From assembly GCA_016928555.1 (NCBI GenBank), contig JAFGKM010000005.1, forward strand, positions 9,758-73,757: 64,000 bases of DNA. The letters are read 5' to 3'. Positions within the stretch are counted from its first letter, which is position 1. The number at the start of each line of letters is the position of its first letter. A program made the translations under genes and the position numbers. Below the pieces are notes generated by a model. It searched no databases and was not told the DNA's origin. It saw only the letters and a list, made by a program, of their open reading frames with translations. The stretch is from Candidatus Omnitrophota bacterium (GTDB lineage: Bacteria; Ratteibacteria; UBA8468; B48-G9; JAFGKM01). Shown piece after piece: positions 37,486-45,711 of this stretch.

Positions 37486-37844
37486 TGTTCACCCAGGATT
37501 TTTTTTACCTTGTTCTTCAGCAGGCTGATGTCCGTGGTTTTTGTGAGATAAGCATCCGCCGCCCATGTAAGAAACTGGTCTTTATATTGAGGATAGGCGG
37601 TATAGATTATTATGGGAAGGTCTCTTTTTTTCGTCAAAATCTTTCCAAGAGTTTCTATACCGTCCATCTGCGGCATCTGCAGGTCAAGTATCACAAGGTC
37701 GCATTTCTCTTTTCCCACCATTTCCACCGCATCCGTGCCGTTCGAAGAACAAATCACCTCAAACCCGTCTTTTTCAAGCTCCTCCTTGTAAAGCAGGCGC
37801 TCATTCTCCTCGTCTTCCACCAGAAGAATCTTCTTTTTCGCCAT
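37482..37844 (-). CDS. single-domain response regulator (CheY-like receiver)
   Basis: LLVEDEE...D (phospho-acceptor within LVILDLQMP) and a T/K motif; 120 aa. It overlaps glgC by 4 nt. Confidence 0.85.
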   Translation of the reverse strand: MAKKKILLVEDEENERLLYKEELEKDGFEVICSSNGTDAVEMVGKEKCDLVILDLQMPQMDGIETLGKILTKKRDLPIIIYTAYPQYKDQFLTWAADAYLTKTTDISLLKNKVKKILGEQ

Positions 37845-37866
37845 GGTCCTCCCCCTCTTTTTTTCT

Positions 37867-37933
37867 GGATCCCTGCCTACTATCCCTCCTTACAACCTGC
37901 AGGGATAAGTCCGCAGGGATGACAAAATACGTC
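37867..37933. repeat. intergenic palindromic element copy B (expanded)
   Basis: Same termini as copy A, with an internal duplication of the ATCCCTxC / GCAGGGAT arms. It lies directly after the histidine kinase stop. Confidence 0.6.
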
Positions 37934-37961
37934 GCTTTCCACATGTCACTCGCCACTTTTG

Positions 37962-39344
37962 TTATGCGGGCAGATACACGGTTACCGCAGTTCCCCGGTT
38001 TTCTGCGGAGGATACCTCCATCTTTCCCCCGTAGTTTTCAATTATATTTTCAACTATAAACAGCCCCAGTCCGAAACCGCCGGTCTTTGTAGAGAAAAAA
38101 GGCTCCGTCACCCGGGGGATATTTTCACTGGGAATGCCTTTGCCCGTATCGCTGACCGTTATTTTAACAAAAAACGCTTCTTTTGCGCCGGTTATTTTTA
38201 TTGTGCCTGTTTTCATGCTTTCTACAGAGTTGGAAACCAGATTGAACAGCACCTCAAATATCTGGACCCGTTCCGCTTTCATATAAACGTTTTCCTTGAT
38301 GTCGATCTGTATGTTTATGTGCTTTCTTGAAAACTCCAGTTCAAAGAAATCAATGACTTCCTTTACGGTTTCAACAAGGCTTACTCTTTCGACTTTTGAA
38401 GGGGAAAGGAGCGTAAATCCCGACAGTTTGCCGAGTATCTGTTCAAATTTTTTAATCTCCTTCAGAATAATCCCTGCATCTCTTTTTATAATATTAATGT
38501 CTTCGGATTCCGTTATCCTTTTGGCGAAGCCTCCCACCGTTACCAGCGGGTTTTTGATTTCATGGACAAAATAGGAGGCCATCTTGCCTATTGTCGACAA
38601 TTTTTCCTTTTTTATGAATTCTTCCTGCAGGATTTCCATTGCGCTATGAAGTTCTCTTAATTCCTCAAGCTGTCGTTTTATCACGTTGTGGTTGCGGGCG
38701 TTTTCAAGGGCAATGCCGGTCTGTATGCTGAGCAGTGATACGAGCCGGAGGGTAGATTCGTCAACGGGGTTATAGTGGAATGCATTATCAGCCATTATTA
38801 TTCCTATGACATTTCTTGACGAAGACAATGGAAGTATAATTATTTCGGACGGTACGAAGATATCCCGAATTTCTTTGGGGAGGCCGAAATTTTCTTCACT
38901 TATATCCGTCAGGTGGAAAATTTTCCGCTCCGCAATGACTCTTTTGAAGTAATTTTCAGGAGGCAGTTCATCGATGTTTATGACAATATCACAGACTTTT
39001 TCGGGGAATTTCTGAATTGTAACCGAACCTTCCACGGCATGCTGAAGATATGATTCAAGCGGAATGCTCTTTCTGCTTAAATCGCTCCATATCTCAAGCG
39101 CCTCATCTTCATTATACGGCCCGATTCCGGCCTTTCCGTAAATTAAGGCTTTTTCCCTGTCGTAATAGAATACGGATGCGCGGCTCAGTCCGAGTGCGCC
39201 GTTGGCGGTGAGTCCGGTCAGGGTCAACTTCAATATAAAATCTTCGTTAAATGTCCCCTTCAGCGCTTTTGAAATGGTGTGCAAAAGGTATAACTCATAA
39301 TTAAGCAGGCGGCAGGTTTCTTCAAACGTTTTTACCATCAACAC
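37962..39344 (-). CDS. GAF-sensor histidine kinase (GAF-HisKA-HATPase_c)
   Basis: GAF domain; HisKA H-box SYFVHEIKNPL; N, G1 and G2 boxes (SDTGKGIP, GGFGLGL); 460 aa. Confidence 0.85.
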   Translation of the reverse strand: MLMVKTFEETCRLLNYELYLLHTISKALKGTFNEDFILKLTLTGLTANGALGLSRASVFYYDREKALIYGKAGIGPYNEDEALEIWSDLSRKSIPLESYLQHAVEGSVTIQKFPEKVCDIVINIDELPPENYFKRVIAERKIFHLTDISEENFGLPKEIRDIFVPSEIIILPLSSSRNVIGIIMADNAFHYNPVDESTLRLVSLLSIQTGIALENARNHNVIKRQLEELRELHSAMEILQEEFIKKEKLSTIGKMASYFVHEIKNPLVTVGGFAKRITESEDINIIKRDAGIILKEIKKFEQILGKLSGFTLLSPSKVERVSLVETVKEVIDFFELEFSRKHINIQIDIKENVYMKAERVQIFEVLFNLVSNSVESMKTGTIKITGAKEAFFVKITVSDTGKGIPSENIPRVTEPFFSTKTGGFGLGLFIVENIIENYGGKMEVSSAENRGTAVTVYLPA

Positions 39345-39505
39345 CCCTTTTTAATTTATGTCCGTTTATATTATAACGGCATAGATGCTTTTTTTCAACA
39401 GCGCGACTCGTTAAGAGGTGTTTCTTGACAAAGGGAAATATAAGGATAAGATATAAAGTTAAATTGTGTATTTTCGACAGACTCCGGCATAAGTGAGATA
39501 TTTAT

Positions 39506-40846
39506 ATGAAATTTGAAAACAAAGGTAAGATTGGGGATGAAGAAAAGCTGCGCGGCTTGCCATGGAGTATTGCGGGAAATGCTTTCAACAACGTTTTCTG
39601 CCTTTTTACGGTCTTCGGTTCTGTTTTCCTGCTTTTTTTGACGGAACTGGGTTTATCAAAACAACTGATAGGATTTCTACTGTCGCTTTTTCCTTTTTGC
39701 GGCATAATCGCTCCCTTCCTGAGCGGGTACATGGAATATTTCGGAGTTAAAAGGATTTTCCTTTTCTGTTTCGGTCTCCGCAAAGCTGTCATAGCATTAT
39801 TCCTTCTTCTTCCATGGGTTATCGGTTTCTATGGAGAGAGGGCAGGAGTCTATTTTCTTATAACCGCAATATCGGTTTTTGCCGTTCTGCGGGCTATAGC
39901 GGAAACTGCTTATTATGCATGGATGAAGGAATACATACCTGATAATGCGAGGGGAAAATACTCAGCTTTAAACTGGACCGCCGCGGGTATTGCGGGATTA
40001 ATCGCCATTTATTTTGCAAGCCGTATTTTAAAAAGGGAAGGCGGGATAGAAGATTACATGCTTCTTATAGGCGCGGGGTGCATTTTTGGCATTATCGGGG
40101 TTTACTTTATGAGGTTTATTCCCGGAGGCAAACCTTCAGGAAGCCGTAAAAGGCCGACTTTATCGTTTGACGGAATAATTGAGCCTCTGAAAGACCGGAA
40201 TTTTCTTTATTTCCTTGTTGCAGTGGGGATTGCCATATTCGGTTCTCTGCTGTTAGTCTTTCTGCCTCTCTTTGCAAAAGAAAAACTGGGCATTCTCTCC
40301 GGAAACGTCGTTTTGCTCGATAACTTCACCATACTTGGTTCCTTGCTCCTGTGTTTTCTGTGGGGATGGATGTCCGACAGGTTTGGCGGAAGGCCTATCC
40401 TCATGCTGAATATGTGCATATATGCCGGAGTATCCTTAGGCTGGCTTGTTTTCCCGAGGGGGCATTCCCACTCCGTCCTTCTTCTCGCAGCGCTATATTT
40501 CATTTCCGGCAGTACACTTACGGGAAGGGTGGTTGGGGATAACAGGTTTTTATATTCAAGCATTGTTCCGGAAGAAGGGGCGGTCTATTACACCTCGTTA
40601 TTTTACGCATGGATGGGTCTTGCCGGAGGGATTGCACCGCTGGCGGCCGGATATATCCTTAAAAAGTTTGCGGAACTGAATATCCGGTTTGCAGGACATA
40701 CGATAGACTCCTACAGTGTAATCTTCTTTATTAATTTTCTATGCCAGCTGACGGCAATATTTTTTTACAGGAAGGTTAAACCTGACAAACGGATAAAAAC
40801 CCGCCATTTGCTGTTAAGAATGGCCAGACGGTCAATGAACTGGTAA
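39506..40846 (+). CDS. MFS transporter
   Basis: About 12 predicted transmembrane helices; 446 aa; two 6-helix halves separated by a basic loop. Confidence 0.7.
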   Translation: MKFENKGKIGDEEKLRGLPWSIAGNAFNNVFCLFTVFGSVFLLFLTELGLSKQLIGFLLSLFPFCGIIAPFLSGYMEYFGVKRIFLFCFGLRKAVIALFLLLPWVIGFYGERAGVYFLITAISVFAVLRAIAETAYYAWMKEYIPDNARGKYSALNWTAAGIAGLIAIYFASRILKREGGIEDYMLLIGAGCIFGIIGVYFMRFIPGGKPSGSRKRPTLSFDGIIEPLKDRNFLYFLVAVGIAIFGSLLLVFLPLFAKEKLGILSGNVVLLDNFTILGSLLLCFLWGWMSDRFGGRPILMLNMCIYAGVSLGWLVFPRGHSHSVLLLAALYFISGSTLTGRVVGDNRFLYSSIVPEEGAVYYTSLFYAWMGLAGGIAPLAAGYILKKFAELNIRFAGHTIDSYSVIFFINFLCQLTAIFFYRKVKPDKRIKTRHLLLRMARRSMNW

Positions 40847-41095
40847 ATTACAGACGATTGATAACCACCGTTTGCATTTATGAAATATAAAAGGCGGAAC
40901 AAATATAAATAATTGAAATATAGGGTATAATTACAATAGAATATTAGGTACTGTCAAGAAACAGATGAAAAAGGCAGGCGGAGAGGCGTAAGTTTCACCT
41001 GTCACGCAGCAACTGAGCGGAACGGCTGCTTCGTCCGCCTTTTAAAAGAGCGGGCCGTATTTTGACAGAACCGAATATTAACAGGGGAGGGCAGG

Positions 41096-41431
41096 ATGAA
41101 AGGCAAACTATTAAAATGCGCGCTGTTAATAGCGGTCTCCTTAATGATGGGGGCATGCAAACGCAAGGAGAAGCCTGCGGACGGGCTTACGCCGATGAAT
41201 GCCCTGGAAAAGTACGGCGGGGTAATGGGTTCGGCCCTTAAAAAATCAAAGGCAATGGATGACGTTCTTTACATGAAAAACAAGATAAACACTTTTCAGA
41301 TCCAGGAAGGGAGATATCCTTATTCCCTTAACGAGCTTATCGAAAAGAATTATCTTGAAAAACTGCCGGAACCGCCCAAAGGAGCGTCGTTTCATTATGA
41401 TGCTTCCACAGGAAAAGTGGAAGTAAAATAG
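41096..41431 (+). CDS. lipoprotein with GspG/pseudopilin-like C-terminal fold
   Basis: Signal peptide with lipobox LMMGAC. The C-terminal QIQEGRYPYSLNELIEKNYLEKLPEPPKG...YD resembles the type II secretion GspG globular domain. A GGGAGGG Shine-Dalgarno is present. Confidence 0.5.
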   Translation: MKGKLLKCALLIAVSLMMGACKRKEKPADGLTPMNALEKYGGVMGSALKKSKAMDDVLYMKNKINTFQIQEGRYPYSLNELIEKNYLEKLPEPPKGASFHYDASTGKVEVK

Positions 41432-41446
41432 AATGAAAGGTGAAGA

Positions 41447-42232
41447 ATGATAAGCTGGGGAGGAGGGTTTTTCCTCGGGTTGAAGTTTGCTTTTATCCTC
41501 ATTGTTCTTGCAATTGAGTTCTATTTCCTCGCCTTTTACAAATATACCGAAGGAGAAATAAGCAAGCCGGAATTCAACGTCCTTTCCCTTGCAATGATAG
41601 CCTGCATTGTTTTTTCCGCCGTACAGCTGAAAAATTTTTCCGTGGGTCTCTGGCTTGTCATTCCTGTGCCTCTGCTGTCCGTGATATTCCGTTTTCTTGA
41701 GGTTTCCCTGGAGGAAAGGGAAGATAAAAAGCTGACTGAGAAAAAGATACGCATACTGGAAGACAAAATAGCAAGAAACCCTAAAAGCCCCAATTCTTAT
41801 ACCCTGCTGGGAGACATTTACTTCAAAAGAGAAGATTACGGAAGGGCGCTTGCGCATTACAGAAAAGCTTACGGCATACGGGAGACCTCGGAACTTGAGC
41901 ATAAAATCAAGATAGCCGGAAAGGAGGACCGCATACAAAGAGGGGAGATATGGGTATGCAGGGAGTGCGGCGCCGACAATCCGGGAAAATCTGAGAAATG
42001 CATAAGCTGCGGAAATATCAAAAAGCCTTCCGCCTCAATAAGGGAAGACCTTCTGAAGAACAGGGCAGAGATTAAGAAATGGCTTGTCTGCGGCTTTGGA
42101 ATCCCTTTTGTCGCTATAGCCGTAATACTGGTATTGAAAGCTTCCCTCCCGTCGCCCCTTTACAATTTTTTCGCGGTAGCCGCGGGGTTATTCGTTATAT
42201 ACTTCCTGCTCAAAAAGTTTTTTACATGGTGA
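41447..42232 (+). CDS. membrane protein with TPR-like repeat and zinc-ribbon (CRECG...CISCG)
   Basis: Two N-terminal transmembrane helices, a TPR-like segment (LGDIYFKREDYGRALAHYRKAY), a CxxC-x13-CxxC motif and two C-terminal transmembrane helices. Confidence 0.5.
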   Translation: MISWGGGFFLGLKFAFILIVLAIEFYFLAFYKYTEGEISKPEFNVLSLAMIACIVFSAVQLKNFSVGLWLVIPVPLLSVIFRFLEVSLEEREDKKLTEKKIRILEDKIARNPKSPNSYTLLGDIYFKREDYGRALAHYRKAYGIRETSELEHKIKIAGKEDRIQRGEIWVCRECGADNPGKSEKCISCGNIKKPSASIREDLLKNRAEIKKWLVCGFGIPFVAIAVILVLKASLPSPLYNFFAVAAGLFVIYFLLKKFFTW

Positions 42233-42283
42233 TACTAAATTTTGCCAGACACATCTTTTTCTTGTAGAATAATGAGGAATTAG

Positions 42284-42359
42284 CGGGGCGTGGCGCAGTC
42301 CGGCTTAGCGCGCCTGGTTTGGGACCAGGAGGTCCTCGGTTCGAATCCGAGCGCCCCGA
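42284..42359 (+). tRNA. tRNA-Pro (anticodon TGG)
   Basis: Manually folded cloverleaf: acceptor CGGGGCG/CGCCCCG with the bacterial tRNA-Pro C1-G72 pair, anticodon loop TTTGGGA, T-loop TTCGAAT, discriminator A. CCA is not encoded. Confidence 0.9.
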
Positions 42360-42462
42360 TTTTTTTAAAATCGGCGAGGATTTGAACAATGGTTCGAGCC
42401 GAGGCACGTTTTTCCCCGGACAATACGCTTGGATTTGCTGGTGCCGAGACCGTGCGAAGCAC

Positions 42463-42483
42463 AATCCGAGCGCCCCGATTTTT
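42463..42483. repeat. 21-nt direct repeat of the tRNA-Pro 3' end (AATCCGAGCGCCCCGATTTTT)
   Basis: Identical to 42343..42363. The intervening 100 nt also carries degenerate tRNA-3'-half-like pieces (GGTTCGAGCCGAGG). Confidence 0.7.
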
Positions 42484-43591
42484 AAGAGACTATCCCGCCT
42501 TCTTCGCTGAGATAGATGCCTTTTAATTTCATCTCGAGGCTTTGAGGATTTTCTACAAACTTCAGGGCTGTTTCCTCATCGATGAACTCCCTATGGACGA
42601 GGTCAATCAGCGCATCTTCAAAATCCTGCATGCCCTCGGCCTTGCCCGCTTTCATTGCCTTGAGTATTTTATCATCCTTGCCTTCGGATATCAGGCGGGA
42701 AATAAGAGGCGATACAAACATAATTTCGCATGCGGGGACGCGTTGGACTTCTTCTTTTACGGAAGGAAGCAGAAGCTGAGATACCACGGCCCTGAGGTGC
42801 ATGCTGATGTTTTTCCTCACCTGAGGCTGTCTTTCCTGGGGGAAGAAGTTTAAAAGCCGCGATATTGTGGACGATGCATTGGAACTGTGCAGTGTCCCGA
42901 ATACGAGGTGGCCCGTTTCAGCCGCCTGCAGCGCGAACTCAACAGTCTCTCCGTCTCTGATTTCTCCGGCAAGTATCACGTCGGGGTCCTGCCTGACTGC
43001 ATACCTTAGGGCCATTTTGAAGGAAGAAACGTCTATCCCGAGCTCTCTCTGCGTAATAACGGCCTTTTCATTCTTATACAGATATTCTATGGGGTCTTCA
43101 ATGCATAATATGTGGCATGTCCTGTTTTTGTTTATGTTGTTTATAACCGCCGCAAGCGTTGACGATTTTCCGCTTCCGGTCGGGCCGGTAACGAGGACAA
43201 GCCCGTTGAGAAACCCTGAAATTTTTGACGTTGAAGGCGGAAGGTTGAGGGATTCAAAATCCGGTATGACGTTTGAAATGCGCCTTGCCACGAGAGAAAG
43301 GGAGCCGCGCTGTTTAAACATGTTTATGCGGAATCTTCCCACATCTTTTACCCCCAGCGCCGTATCTATACTGCCCTGTTCTTCAAAGGCTTTTCTGTCC
43401 TGCTCTTTTTTGAGGAGTCCGCCGATTATTTCCTGAAGGACAGTGAACTGAAGAACGGGGATTTCTTCAAGCCGCACAAGCTCGCCCTTTATGCGCAGGA
43501 CCGGATGCGAACCGACCTGCAGATGTATATCGGAAGCGTTCTTTTCATACGATAAATGCATCAGTTTCAACAGCAATTCGTTGTTTTCCAT
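42482..43591 (-). CDS. pilT: type IV pilus retraction ATPase PilT
   Basis: Walker A GPTGSGKS, Asp box, His box; AIRNLIRE-like motif SRLISEGKDDKI; 369 aa. Confidence 0.9.
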   Translation of the reverse strand: MENNELLLKLMHLSYEKNASDIHLQVGSHPVLRIKGELVRLEEIPVLQFTVLQEIIGGLLKKEQDRKAFEEQGSIDTALGVKDVGRFRINMFKQRGSLSLVARRISNVIPDFESLNLPPSTSKISGFLNGLVLVTGPTGSGKSSTLAAVINNINKNRTCHILCIEDPIEYLYKNEKAVITQRELGIDVSSFKMALRYAVRQDPDVILAGEIRDGETVEFALQAAETGHLVFGTLHSSNASSTISRLLNFFPQERQPQVRKNISMHLRAVVSQLLLPSVKEEVQRVPACEIMFVSPLISRLISEGKDDKILKAMKAGKAEGMQDFEDALIDLVHREFIDEETALKFVENPQSLEMKLKGIYLSEEGGIVS

Positions 43592-43646
43592 ATCCGCCTT
43601 TGTTGAAATTTTTGTATTACGGAATGCAAAAGTGTATCATATCAGC

Positions 43647-44153
43647 ATGAAGATTTCAATAGTCTTTTTCTCTCTTTCAGGAAGGACCAAGCGGCTTTCC
43701 GAGCTTATTGCCGGATATCTTAAATCGGAGGGTATTGATGCGGACGTTTTTTGCCTGGAGACGAAAGAAACAGGCAGATTTATAAAAAACTGCATGGATG
43801 CATTCAGGAAGAAACAGGTTAAACTTGAAAACATGCCTCAGATTGCCGGCTCGGAATTTGTTTTGCTTGGAAGCCCCGTATGGGCTTTTGACATAGCGCC
43901 CGCAATGCGCTCGTTTTTGGCTAACGCCGGGCTGGACGGGAAAAAGGTCTTTCTTTTCACCACTTACGGAAGCGGAAAAGGCAAGGAGAACGCAATGAAA
44001 ACATTTTCCGGATTAGTTAAGAATAAGGGAGGGGTTGTTATCGGCAGTGCAGACGCGAAAGGCCGAAAAGTGAACGAGGAATTCCCTCTATTAAAGGGAG
44101 TGCTGGAGGAATGTTTAAAAAGATATCAACTGATAAAGCGCCCCAAGCAATAG
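43647..44153 (+). CDS. flavodoxin-like fold protein
   Basis: MKISIVFFSLSGRTKRLSE is a flavodoxin-type N-terminus. Start taken at ATG 43647, diverging from pilT. Confidence 0.55.
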   Translation: MKISIVFFSLSGRTKRLSELIAGYLKSEGIDADVFCLETKETGRFIKNCMDAFRKKQVKLENMPQIAGSEFVLLGSPVWAFDIAPAMRSFLANAGLDGKKVFLFTTYGSGKGKENAMKTFSGLVKNKGGVVIGSADAKGRKVNEEFPLLKGVLEECLKRYQLIKRPKQ

Positions 44154-44488
44154 GCCCTTACTCTCAGGCGGTTGTTTCAGGCAGTTTTGTCTTCCTTTCG
44201 GGGCAGATATCCCTGGAACCTTCATCCGGCGAGGTTGTAAAAGGGGATATAACCGTTCAGACCAGGCAGGTTATCAACAACATAACCGCTGTGCTTGAAG
44301 GCGCCGGGTGCACAACAGAGAATGTTGTTAAAACCACGGTATATCTCAAGGACATAAGGGATTTCGGCAATATGAATCTTGTTTATGAAGAGTTTTTTAA
44401 AAGCAGGCCGGCAAGAAGCACGGTTGAAGTTTCAAATCTGCCGAAAGGGGTTTTGGTCGAAATAGACTGCATAGCGGTTATTCCCTGA
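44111..44488 (+). CDS. ridA: RidA family reactive-intermediate (enamine/imine) deaminase
   Basis: APQAIGPYSQAV and C-terminal STVEV...L.....VEIDCIA YjgF signature; 125 aa. Confidence 0.85.
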   Translation: MFKKISTDKAPQAIGPYSQAVVSGSFVFLSGQISLEPSSGEVVKGDITVQTRQVINNITAVLEGAGCTTENVVKTTVYLKDIRDFGNMNLVYEEFFKSRPARSTVEVSNLPKGVLVEIDCIAVIP

Positions 44489-44905
44489 TTATTCGCCTAT
44501 TATTTTTATCAGTACGCGCTTGTCCCTTCTTCCGTCAAACTCTCCGTAGAAAATCTGTTCCCACGGTCCGAAATCGAGTTTTCCGTCCGATACGGCAACG
44601 ACAACCTCTCTGCCCATGACCTGCCTTTTCAGGTGGGCGTCGCCGTTGTCCTCGCCGGCGTTGTGGGCGTATTGAGAAACGGGAAGGTGAGGGGCAAGCT
44701 TTTCAAGCCATTTCTCAAAATCGCTGTGAAGGCCGCTTTCATCATCATTAATAAATACGCTTGCGGTTATGTGCATCGCGTTGACAAGGCACAAACCTTC
44801 TTTTATGCCGCTTTCGGATAGCGCCTGCTTTACATCGGTAGTAATATTGATAAAAGCTAACCGCGCAGGCGTATTGAACGTCAATTCTTTTTTATAATTT
44901 TTCAT
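44489..44905 (-). CDS. YjbQ family (UPF0047) secondary thiamine-phosphate synthase-like protein
   Basis: Full-length similarity to the YjbQ fold (TFNT....INIT..V); 138 aa. Confidence 0.75.
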   Translation of the reverse strand: MKNYKKELTFNTPARLAFINITTDVKQALSESGIKEGLCLVNAMHITASVFINDDESGLHSDFEKWLEKLAPHLPVSQYAHNAGEDNGDAHLKRQVMGREVVVAVSDGKLDFGPWEQIFYGEFDGRRDKRVLIKIIGE

Positions 44906-45012
44906 ACAATCCTCCAGTGAACCTATTATAACATTTTTCTGTGTTGCCGGTAAGTGCTATAATAAAAAGAATTTTTGAATGGGGCGGAGATAGTTAAAAA
45001 CGGGAGGATGCA

Positions 45013-45693
45013 ATGAGGACAATTGTTATATGCATGCTGTTTTTCTGCCTGGCAGTCTCTTCTTTCGCCGCAACGAAAGCCGACCTGGTAAAGAGGATTA
45101 AGAATTCGGAAGAAACGATAAAGTACATGATGCGCTCGCCGGATACATCCATCCCTCAGTATTTTTTAAAAGAGGCGTATGCCGCGATTTTTTTAAAGCA
45201 ATATAAGGCAGGTTTTGTCCTGGGGGCCAAGGGAGGCAACGGCATAATCCTCGCAAAAGACAGGAAGACGGGGGAGTGGAGCCCGCCCTCTTTTATTGCT
45301 ACGGCGGAAGGGAGTGTCGGTTTTCAGATAGGCGGAAAAGTGGTAGATGCGATACTGCTGATAATGAACGAAGAGGGATTGACGCTCCTTCTTAAATCCA
45401 AACTGAAGATAGGCGGCGAGGTTTCAGCAGCCGCCGGCCCCGTGGGCAGGGAGGCCGGCGTTAAGGCTGGACTGCCTGCAACGGGAATATTGATATATTC
45501 AAGAGCAAGAGGCGCTTTTATAGGAGCCTCCTTTGAAGGGGGTTTTATAATGCCCGATGATGAAGCCAACCGTATGTTTTACGGCATTGAAGATATCAAG
45601 GCGAGGGAAATACTCCTGGAATGCAGGGTGGAGATGCCGCAGGAAGCAATGTCCCTAATCAACACTCTGCAGAAATACGAGTCATTGGAATAA
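45013..45693 (+). CDS. SYLF (Ysc84/DUF500) lipid-binding domain protein, secreted
   Basis: Signal peptide plus motifs GAKGGNGIILAKDRKTGEWSPPSF and GSVGFQIGG typical of SYLF domains. Confidence 0.7.
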   Translation: MRTIVICMLFFCLAVSSFAATKADLVKRIKNSEETIKYMMRSPDTSIPQYFLKEAYAAIFLKQYKAGFVLGAKGGNGIILAKDRKTGEWSPPSFIATAEGSVGFQIGGKVVDAILLIMNEEGLTLLLKSKLKIGGEVSAAAGPVGREAGVKAGLPATGILIYSRARGAFIGASFEGGFIMPDDEANRMFYGIEDIKAREILLECRVEMPQEAMSLINTLQKYESLE

Positions 45694-45711
45694 TTCATTT
45701 CGGGCAATCAA

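Noticed and set aside
40975-41045. Riboswitch-like structured leader (GGAGAG...CACC...) upstream of the lipoprotein gene
   Set aside because: No convincing match to glycine, c-di-GMP or other known riboswitch consensus; only a terminator-like hairpin GCGGA...TCCGC plus T-run could be supported.
42360-42462. Possible second tRNA or tRNA pseudogene downstream of tRNA-Pro
   Set aside because: Only fragments resembling the T-arm and 3' acceptor are present and no full cloverleaf can be drawn; interpreted as att-site remnants.
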